DNA of 20,121 nt from Pseudobacteriovorax sp. (lineage in GTDB: Bacteria; Bdellovibrionota_B; Oligoflexia; Oligoflexales; Oligoflexaceae). The stretch lies in the NCBI GenBank assembly GCA_050293845.1, contig JBNKNM010000092.1:1-20121 (forward strand), given 5' to 3'. Below the pieces are notes generated by a model. That model saw only the letters and a program-made list of their open reading frames with translations, searched no databases and was not told where the DNA came from. This document shows, one piece after another, positions 1 to 7,166 of this stretch (its first letter is position 1; each line of letters opens with the position of its first letter). The position numbers were made by a program, and so were the translations under genes.

Positions 1-438
1 CAACATGTCCTTGCAAGGTCCGAAGCTTTGAGTCTTTTAGGGCAAGAAGTTTTGTTTCGCGTCGGACGCAATAGGCTATATTCAGTTTCGGAAGAGAAGT
101 CAGAAGTACTTAAAAGTGGACTCCAAATCAAAATTACGGCTTTAGAGTATAGAAATGATAGAATAAAGCTTAATATTAGTATGGATTTAAGTCAAGGCCA
201 GGGAAATCAAGCCAGATTTGATGCCAACGAGTTTAAATCTCAACTCTGGTTGAATCTGAATGAAGATATTATTGTTTCTTCATCTTCTATGGAAATATCA
301 GATCTAACAGAAAATGGAGTGCCGATTCTCAGAGAAATTCCGATAATTTCTCCGCTTTTTAAGGGCGATAGTCGCGGTACTTCGAAAGCACAGATTTTCA
401 TTAGTATGAAGATGGTGCTATTACAGGGGGAACATTGA
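1..438 (+). CDS. Secretin-family (type II/III secretion or Tad/type IV pilus) outer-membrane protein, C-terminal part; 5' end lies outside the window
   Basis: Frame is open from base 1 (QHVLARSEALSLLGQEVLFRVG...), so the TTG at 28 is probably not the start. GVPILREIPIISPLFK resembles the secretin C-terminal signature G(V/I)PxLxxIPxxGxLF. Confidence 0.7.
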   Translation, partial: QHVLARSEALSLLGQEVLFRVGRNRLYSVSEEKSEVLKSGLQIKITALEYRNDRIKLNISMDLSQGQGNQARFDANEFKSQLWLNLNEDIIVSSSSMEISDLTENGVPILREIPIISPLFKGDSRGTSKAQIFISMKMVLLQGEH

Positions 439-1404
439 GTTGTGCCGAAAAGGAATAACAGAATCGAGATTGTTAGCCTTCAATAGCAGAGCCAGTAGCC
501 GATCAAAACCAATTGCTATTCCGCAGCAATCGGCAATGCCATGCTGCAAGGCATTGAGAAAATCTGGATCGTGGGGTATCTCTGGTTTTCCTATGGTCCT
601 ACGGGATCGAGAACAGATTTCCAGTCGTGCAAGATTTTCCTTATAATCTGTAAGTTCCCAAAAAGCGTTACCCAGTTCGATACCTCCTAAGTAAACTTCA
701 AAGCGTTTAGCACGGTTGTTTTCCACGCGTGCTAGTGCACTTTGTGAGGGGGGGTAGTCGTATAAAATAGTAGCTACCTGTTGGGTCATCCAAGGTTCTA
801 CTGCGTCTAGCATAAGTTTAAAGAATGCTGTTTCAAAGTCATCTGATTTTTGAATCGAGATAAAACCTTTTCTAATAGCTTTTGCTGCTAGTTCTGTGTC
901 ATTATCAATAAGTTCGATACCAGTACACTGCAAGAAAATTTCGTATACCGATAGCCTAGGAAAATGCTGAGGTAACTCTAAAACTGTGAAGCCTGACGAT
1001 TTAAGCTTCTGACAACAGAAGTGAATAAGCTCTTCTGTAAGATTCATAAACCCATTGTAATTGATACCCGTTTGATAGAATTCCAACATAGTAAATTCCG
1101 GGTGGTGCCAATCTGTTTTTTCGCCACCATTACGAAAACATTTCCCAATATGATAAATTTTTTCTAAACCCTCCGCTAAGCATTGCTTTAAATGCAATTC
1201 AGGGCTTGATCTTAGAAATCGCTTATGTTTGAGTTCATGAAAATCTATCCATTTGGATTCAAAATAATCGAGATGCACTTCTGTTCCAGGGCAGGTGACA
1301 ATAATGGGTGCATCTATTTCTATGAAAGATCGACTATCAAAAAAATCCTCTATAGCACGCTTTAATATTTTTCTCGTATTTGAAATGAATGTCAGTTTAG
1401 TCAT
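421..1404 (-). CDS. epmA: EF-P lysine aminoacylase (EpmA/GenX/PoxA), LysRS catalytic-domain paralogue
   Basis: Motifs PGTEVHL, LRSSPELHLK, FRNGGE..HHPEFTMLEFY, DYPPSQSALA, RFEVY..GIELGNAFWEL, GIAIGFDRL; 327 aa with no anticodon-binding domain. Confidence 0.93.
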   Translation of the reverse strand: MTKLTFISNTRKILKRAIEDFFDSRSFIEIDAPIIVTCPGTEVHLDYFESKWIDFHELKHKRFLRSSPELHLKQCLAEGLEKIYHIGKCFRNGGEKTDWHHPEFTMLEFYQTGINYNGFMNLTEELIHFCCQKLKSSGFTVLELPQHFPRLSVYEIFLQCTGIELIDNDTELAAKAIRKGFISIQKSDDFETAFFKLMLDAVEPWMTQQVATILYDYPPSQSALARVENNRAKRFEVYLGGIELGNAFWELTDYKENLARLEICSRSRRTIGKPEIPHDPDFLNALQHGIADCCGIAIGFDRLLALLLKANNLDSVIPFRHNSMFPL

Positions 1405-3842
1405 TTTTTATCTTTACCAGGTTTAAAATGCAGTTTCTTTAACTTTGACTCAATGATAGCAAGGGCGGAATCTATAGCATATTCTCCTTCATAGGGAATT
1501 TTGTCGGTACCCAATTCATGATCGGTAGCAACCTTGAAAGCCTCCCAAGCATTTTTGATAGGAATAATTTTTAACTGGCCACTTTTAACACCTGATCGGG
1601 CATGTTCATGGAGCATCAAGTTAGAAACGTTTTTTTCTGGAATGAGCACAAAATATTCTTTGGATTCTCCAATGGCAGTGCAAGTTTTATAAAATCCTTC
1701 AATTTTTTCATTGACACCACCAATCACTTGCACTTCGCCATGTTGGTCTATAGAGCCTGTCACAGCTAAATTTTGTTTAATGGGAATACTGCTCAGTGAG
1801 CTGATTATGGCAATGAATTCTGCAACTGAGGCGCTATCACCATCAATGAGCCCGTAATTTTGTTCGAAGGTTATACTGGCAACAAGGCCATGGGGCTTTT
1901 TGCGTGATAGTAATGTGTTGATGATGCCAGTGAGGATGAATACCCCCTTATCATGAACCTTCCCAGAGAGACGGCTCTGACGTTCAATGTTGATGATGCC
2001 ACCATCACCTACAGAGTGGGTGCAGGTAATACGGCCAATCTTACCAAAGGCATAGTCACCATAATCATAGACGGCAAGTCCATTAATGCAGCCTATTTTA
2101 CTACCATCGACGCGGCTGATGATTTCTCCATTCTTGACAGAGCGTAGTAGAGTTTCTTCATATAGGTTATGCCGGTAGTATTTTTCATTAAGAGCATTTT
2201 CAACATCGGCACGGCGAATGGTTTTGGCCTTGCGCTCTCTGGCTAGAAAATTGGCTTCAATGGTTAAGTCTTTGATTTCAGAAAACTGTGTTGAGAGTAA
2301 GTTTTGATCTTCAACCAGCCGAGAACCATGTTCAATAATTGCGCATACCGCAGATTTCTCGAATGGTAAGAGATTCTCTTTTTCAGCTCTTGTGGCTATA
2401 AATGATACATAGTTTTGAATATTTTCAGTATTTTTTACCATTTTATAGTCAAAGTCAGCTTTTATCTTAAAGATTTTATGAAAATCTTCATCCTCATGAT
2501 AAAGAAAGTGATAGATTTCATCATTGCCGATCAGAATAACCTTTAGATCAAGGGGAATTGGGGCTGGGCGCAACCCTGACGTCGGCAATAGCGAATACTG
2601 CTCACCCATATCCTCAATAAATGCTTTTTGATTCTTTAAAACCCTTTTCAGCGCTTCCCAAATATTGCCAGTCCGAAATATATCTAGAACATTAAGTACT
2701 AGATAGCCACCATTGGCCCTATGAATAGCTCCCGCTTTGATCATCGTAAAATCAGTGAGGTACATACCATGTTCTACATTTTTTTCAATTTTGCCAAATA
2801 GGTTGTAGTAGGTGGGGTTGTTTTCAATGATTACAGGCGCTGCGCTCTTTTGACTGTTGTCTATGAATAAATTGATGCGATATTTATTAAATCGATTTTT
2901 GTCTTCTTGATACATTTGGCTATCTGGGTCGTCTTTATCGTCATCTTCAACAAAGTCTAATAGATTTTCCTTAATGTCTTCGATGACACTTTTCAAATAC
3001 TCCACGATTTCGGGAATCGATTGGTACTCTTCAATTAAATCTTCTACAGTGCTAGCAACAATTTGCTCACCTATGGCGTTACGTAAGTTTTCCACCTGCT
3101 CCCGGGTATCTTTATCGATGGAGCGAACCTTTCTAGCAAAGTCCAACACCTCAGGTTCAAACTCGCTGCGCTTTTGCTCAATATCTTCACGTTCTTTGTT
3201 TTTGAGCTTGCTATAATCTTTTTCTGACAATGGCAAACCATCAACAACGGGGATAGTTTCGATACCAACTCGTGTTGATTTGATGATAAAATTCCTCGCC
3301 TTGGCCAGTTTTTCGAGTTCGCTATACATTTTTGATTTTGTTTCGTTTGCAGAAGAGTAGAATGCATTGACTGCATTTTCATAATCTTCGCTTTGTAGCG
3401 CTAAGGGAATCTCATGCTTTAATGCTTTGACCAGTTTTTCCATGGTCTTTTTCAATTTTTTACCTTCACCAGCTGGTAAGCCAACAGCAATGGGGTTTTC
3501 CGTATCCTGAAAATTGTAAAGGTATATCCAGTCATAAGGGGCGGGAAGCTTTTCCGACCATTTCTGTAGAAAGCTATTAATAACGCTTGTTTTTCCAGTG
3601 CCCTCAATACCAGCTACGTAAATATTGTAACCCGACGAGTTGATACCCAGGCCCATATTGATGGCACGAATAGCTCGATTCTGGGAATAAATATCATGGG
3701 AAATATCCAATTCTTTTGTGGTATTAAAGGAAAACTGCCTAGCGCTACAACTAGAATAGACTTCACTAAAAGATAGGGGGCTGGGGCTTGCTGTTTTTGT
3801 CTTTAAATTTCTAGAACTAATTTTTTTCTTTTTCAAGACCAC
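1401..3842 (-). CDS. Lon-like protease (LonC-type; AAA-like module plus S16 protease domain)
   Basis: Walker A GIEGTGKT; NPTYYNLFGKIE; IKAGAIHRANGGYLVL; FKIKADF; catalytic Ser in DGDSAS and Lys in GGVNEKIEGF. Start is uncertain (GTG 3842 or TTG 3836). Confidence 0.88.
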   Translation of the reverse strand: MVLKKKKISSRNLKTKTASPSPLSFSEVYSSCSARQFSFNTTKELDISHDIYSQNRAIRAINMGLGINSSGYNIYVAGIEGTGKTSVINSFLQKWSEKLPAPYDWIYLYNFQDTENPIAVGLPAGEGKKLKKTMEKLVKALKHEIPLALQSEDYENAVNAFYSSANETKSKMYSELEKLAKARNFIIKSTRVGIETIPVVDGLPLSEKDYSKLKNKEREDIEQKRSEFEPEVLDFARKVRSIDKDTREQVENLRNAIGEQIVASTVEDLIEEYQSIPEIVEYLKSVIEDIKENLLDFVEDDDKDDPDSQMYQEDKNRFNKYRINLFIDNSQKSAAPVIIENNPTYYNLFGKIEKNVEHGMYLTDFTMIKAGAIHRANGGYLVLNVLDIFRTGNIWEALKRVLKNQKAFIEDMGEQYSLLPTSGLRPAPIPLDLKVILIGNDEIYHFLYHEDEDFHKIFKIKADFDYKMVKNTENIQNYVSFIATRAEKENLLPFEKSAVCAIIEHGSRLVEDQNLLSTQFSEIKDLTIEANFLARERKAKTIRRADVENALNEKYYRHNLYEETLLRSVKNGEIISRVDGSKIGCINGLAVYDYGDYAFGKIGRITCTHSVGDGGIINIERQSRLSGKVHDKGVFILTGIINTLLSRKKPHGLVASITFEQNYGLIDGDSASVAEFIAIISSLSSIPIKQNLAVTGSIDQHGEVQVIGGVNEKIEGFYKTCTAIGESKEYFVLIPEKNVSNLMLHEHARSGVKSGQLKIIPIKNAWEAFKVATDHELGTDKIPYEGEYAIDSALAIIESKLKKLHFKPGKDKK

Positions 3843-3883
3843 CTCACTCGCAACTATGCTAGAGAGGTTGGTCGACTCTCTAG

Positions 3884-4594
3884 CTATAAATAAACATCCA
3901 TAACAGCGGTTAGTTTGAGTTCTCCAGCTACTTCATTTAGCTTATCAGATAGATCGAACTCCATAGCTGATGGCTTCAGCATCAGGAAGAGATTAGTTAA
4001 AAAATGCTCTCCTTTTCCTCTCGGCTCGGAAAGGAAATAGTCACCGTAGGCGTCTAGAAAGTCAAGAGCATCTTCGATAGTTTCTTCACTTGGCTTGCTG
4101 ATGAGATGCTGAATACCGCGTTTTAGCCATTGGGAAAGTTCTTGAAAATTGATTTGTTCTTTTATACCAAGTCTCAGGCATTCGTTACAAAGGTTGACCT
4201 TCATTTCGGCTGGTAGTTTTTTGTAATGGATACCATAGAAATAGTTGAGGGTCTTGTATGCTGATCGCCAATTTCTAGTGGATTCCATAATACGAACTTT
4301 TCTCATGGTCGTATCGTAGGACTCTATGGCGCTTTCAACTTCCTGGCGTTCTTTTAGCCTTCTCGCTTCAATTTCAGGACGGTAGCGATCTCTTAAAATA
4401 GTAAATGCCTTATTTATTTCGTTAAATGTCATAGGGTCGTGAACGTCGAGGCTCTTACCCAATGCATCAGATAAGTATTCAACTACATGGGGGATTTTAC
4501 ATTTAGATTTATCAGAAATCTGAACAATGCTCCACTTAACATTGTCCGGCCAGATCTTCAGAACCTTTTCCAGCTCCATTAAAAAATCTAGCAT
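3884..4594 (-). CDS. Hypothetical protein, 236 aa, predicted helical, possible N-terminal helix-turn-helix
   Basis: Long ORF with a strong RBS (AAAGGGGG) before the ATG; 41 bp upstream of and co-oriented with the Lon-like gene. Confidence 0.8.
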   Translation of the reverse strand: MLDFLMELEKVLKIWPDNVKWSIVQISDKSKCKIPHVVEYLSDALGKSLDVHDPMTFNEINKAFTILRDRYRPEIEARRLKERQEVESAIESYDTTMRKVRIMESTRNWRSAYKTLNYFYGIHYKKLPAEMKVNLCNECLRLGIKEQINFQELSQWLKRGIQHLISKPSEETIEDALDFLDAYGDYFLSEPRGKGEHFLTNLFLMLKPSAMEFDLSDKLNEVAGELKLTAVMDVYL

Positions 4595-4719
4595 TGGATC
4601 CCCCCTTTAGGTAATACAATCTGGCTCTGGTAGTTTGACCAGATAAAAGTTTGTTCTCGAATGTAGTGATTAAGTTCTTAAATTAATTTACTTGGGGTGG
4701 TGGAGAAATGCAAAAAAAA

Positions 4720-4747
4720 TGACGTATTTTGTTTTGACGTAACAAAA
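4720..4747. promoter_or_regulatory. Candidate transcription-factor site (nested direct and inverted repeat)
   Basis: TGACGTA occurs at 4720-4726 and 4735-4741; TTTTGTT (4727-4733) and AACAAAA (4741-4747) form an inverted repeat. Confidence 0.3.
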
Positions 4748-4850
4748 CAGATAGGTCCCAGGTCCCCTGAAGAACTCGGAATATTTGGAGAGGCTTTGGA
4801 TTTTCTTAAGTAGAAAAAATTGTCAGTTGTCTTCGCAACCCATGGGCAGC

Positions 4851-4911
4851 TGGCTTTATACTCGCAAGCGAGAAGGTGCTTACTAGAACCGACTCACGCG
4901 AGAAAAAGCCA
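4851..4911. other. Long imperfect stem-loop just 3' of the small basic ORF
   Basis: Nested pairings TGGCTTT/AAAGCCA, CTCGC/GCGAG, GAG/CTC and GGT/ACC around a 10-nt loop. Confidence 0.5.
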
Positions 4912-4924
4912 ACAATCAAGCTTA

Positions 4925-5026
4925 CTAAGTACGCAATTGACGACGAAGTCTCATCATGCGACGCTTTTTGCGACCGACTTTTCTGCGACCTTTTGGATGC
5001 TTTCTCTTATGTCTTGAACCGTGCAA
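4925..5026 (-). CDS. Small, highly basic 33-aa protein MHGSRHKRKHPKGRRKVGRKKRRMMRLRRQLRT; possible ribosome/RNA-binding peptide
   Basis: Translated by hand. TTG start with GGAG 6 nt upstream; tandem TAG-TAA stops; 17 of 33 residues are Arg/Lys and none is acidic; all Gly codons are GGT and Arg uses CGT/CGC/AGA only. Below the ORF-track size cutoff. Confidence 0.75.
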   Translation of the reverse strand: MHGSRHKRKHPKGRRKVGRKKRRMMRLRRQLRT

Positions 5027-5201
5027 TGTTTACTCCAACAGAAGGTTAGTCAACGGAATATCGGAAACTATAGAGCTTTTGTAAAAAACGCAAGATATTT
5101 TTACTAGATTTTCTGTCTTACCATTGCGAAGAAATAGGTTAAAATGGAGTATAGGCTAGTAGCAACTGCTTTGATATTAATGGATTAAGGACTGAGTTAT
5201 T

Positions 5202-5708
5202 ATGGCGAGATCTCGCAAGAAGACGCACAGAAATTTTGCGGCCATCATTATTGAGCCATTCAAACAGCTCAAGCTGGGGGTCTATGTCATAGCTGTGTCT
5301 TTAACCTTTGTGGTGCTAACAGCACTGGTCTTTTTTAATGCTTTTTTCGAGCAATATCAGTACATTGTAGAAATGTTTCAGATAGTAGACCCGAACAATC
5401 AATGGGCGGCAGTAACCAATGATGTGTTCTATAAAAATGCAGTGCGGCTGGGTGTGTTATTGATTTGCTTTGTCATTGTTATCTTCTCTGTTGTCTTCTA
5501 TATCACCCATAAATACTATGGTCCTCTTATATCCATCAACCGTTTTTTGGAAGGGATTGCCAAGGGAGATTACTCCCAACGAGTAGTGATACGAAAAGGG
5601 GATGAATTGCAGGATCTGGCAGACCACCTGAATCAAATGGCAGAAAGCTTGCAAAAACGCCATGGGGTACCCTTCGACCAAGTCAATCACAAGAAGGGAA
5701 AAAGCTAG
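5202..5708 (+). CDS. Membrane protein with two TM helices and a C-terminal HAMP domain, no output domain
   Basis: Two hydrophobic segments, then GPLISINRFLEGIAKGDYSQRVVIRKGDELQDLADHLNQMAESL (HAMP pattern); AAGGA upstream. Confidence 0.85.
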   Translation: MARSRKKTHRNFAAIIIEPFKQLKLGVYVIAVSLTFVVLTALVFFNAFFEQYQYIVEMFQIVDPNNQWAAVTNDVFYKNAVRLGVLLICFVIVIFSVVFYITHKYYGPLISINRFLEGIAKGDYSQRVVIRKGDELQDLADHLNQMAESLQKRHGVPFDQVNHKKGKS

Positions 5709-5851
5709 TATGGGGAATCCGGTCATTTTTTTTGCAAACAGTCATAAGCAACGACACTTTTATGAGATAAGGTAAAAATCTTTGTTGAACTTTCTTCTGG
5801 GCTTCGTTATGTAAACTACACTTGTTGTTTTGACTTACTTTAAGAGCCTAG

Positions 5852-6925
5852 ATGGAAGATTTCTTTAACCAAACCAGGAACCAGCTACGATGGCTCTGTT
5901 CCCGTCATTTTGCCGTTCCTGAACAGCATAGCGAGAGTCTCTTGCGTGCGGCATACAAGGACTTTGCCCGTGAACCATGGAACAACAGTAGGCTTCCTAA
6001 AGCCTTGCAGCAGATGGGAGAACGCTTCAGCACGCAAGGAGTTGTTGCTGAAAAGATCGCCGTATCTCGTTATGATGGCACCGTTAAATTCTTAGGCAAG
6101 CTCCATGATGGTACTCTCATTGAAACCGTATTAATGCCTGAAAAGCACCGCATTACAATCTGTGTTTCCAGCCAGGTGGGTTGTGCCCAGGCTTGCTCTT
6201 TTTGCTATACGGGACGCATGGGTTTGGTTAGAAATCTCAGTGCTGGGGAAATTGTTGGCCAAGTGATGTTGGCCAATCTATGGATTCGCCAGCATCCACG
6301 CTGGTGCCAGGACATAGGCTTGCCCTTGAACTCCCAAGTATCTAATTTGGTATTTATGGGAATGGGGGAGCCCTTAGACAATGTCTCCGAAGTTCTAAGA
6401 GCCATAGATATTTTAACAGAGCCTTTGGGTTTTGCCATGGCGCAGAGGAGAATTTCGGTATCCACAGCTGGACATCTTGAGGGTTTAAAGGCTCTTTTGT
6501 CGGAAAAACCGAATATCAACATAGCCTTTAGTTTACATGCCAGTTCTGACCGCGAACGGTCACAGTTAATGCCCATAAACCGCAAATGGCCCCTTGGTGA
6601 AGTATTGCATTTCATTAAAGAGTTTTATGGTAATACTACGAATAAAAAGCGCAAGGTTCTGATTCAGTATACTTTGATACACGGTGTAAATGATTCCATG
6701 GATCATGCTGATGCATTGGTCGAGCTCTTAAAAGAATTGCCGATCAAATTAAATATTATTCCTCTCAATGAAATTGATCCCTCCCGATTCCAGTCGCCGG
6801 CAGCGGAAACCTTAGAAGGATTTAAAAATCGCATTCACCAATCAGGTATCAGAGTTATGATACGTTACAGTAAGGGACAGGATATAGCTGCAGCATGTGG
6901 ACAATTGGTTGTGGGTGATGCTTAA
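5852..6925 (+). CDS. rlmN: 23S rRNA m2A2503 / tRNA m2A37 radical-SAM methyltransferase RlmN
   Basis: IETVLMP, TICVSSQVGCAQACSFC (CxxxCxxC), VFMGMGEPL, ISVSTAG, SLHA, GVNDS, GQDIAAACGQL. Confidence 0.93.
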   Translation: MEDFFNQTRNQLRWLCSRHFAVPEQHSESLLRAAYKDFAREPWNNSRLPKALQQMGERFSTQGVVAEKIAVSRYDGTVKFLGKLHDGTLIETVLMPEKHRITICVSSQVGCAQACSFCYTGRMGLVRNLSAGEIVGQVMLANLWIRQHPRWCQDIGLPLNSQVSNLVFMGMGEPLDNVSEVLRAIDILTEPLGFAMAQRRISVSTAGHLEGLKALLSEKPNINIAFSLHASSDRERSQLMPINRKWPLGEVLHFIKEFYGNTTNKKRKVLIQYTLIHGVNDSMDHADALVELLKELPIKLNIIPLNEIDPSRFQSPAAETLEGFKNRIHQSGIRVMIRYSKGQDIAAACGQLVVGDA

Positions 6926-7091
6926 GTTAAGAGACATCTATGAATTTGAGCTTCTGCCATTCCCTACCGGTTGGGAAACATGAATGTTTTTTCCTTATTG
7001 GTTTTGCCTCAGAATGCCTGTATAAGTGACTATAAATTTTAAAAAAAATTTTTTATAATAGGCTTTGAAGCAAACTTTTTAACATCAAAAG

Positions 7092-7118
7092 TAAGATTTA
7101 AAGCTAAGCTACCGATAG
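7092..7118 (+). promoter_or_regulatory. Candidate sigma-28 (FliA) promoter
   Basis: TAAG-N15-ACCGATAG versus consensus TAAA-N15-GCCGATAA; ends 48 bp upstream of a flagellum-associated FapA-family gene. Confidence 0.4.
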
Positions 7119-7166
7119 CGAATTAGAAATTGGCATCAGTATTCATAAGTTTCGGTTAATGGTGTA

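Noticed and set aside
4755..4800. CCAGGTCCCCTGA...ATATTT loosely recalls part of E. coli 6S RNA
   Set aside because: I could not build the long end-to-end rod with a central bubble that 6S RNA requires; the similarity is short.
4835..4882. GCAACC...AAGGTGCT resembling the SAM-I riboswitch core
   Set aside because: Upstream AUCxAGAG and kink-turn elements and the closing P1 are missing, and no methionine-related gene follows.
4820..5017. 65-aa plus-strand ORF in the track
   Set aside because: No RBS, TTG start, crosses hairpins and lies antisense to the better-supported 33-aa basic ORF.
5712..5725. GGGAATCCGGT resembling a cobalamin riboswitch segment
   Set aside because: The complementary CCGG arm and B12 box are absent.
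6960..6992. TTCCC/GGGAA and AAACAT/ATGTTT hairpins after rlmN as an intrinsic terminator
   Set aside because: The stems are short, and the stem next to the T-run is AT-rich; too weak to call.
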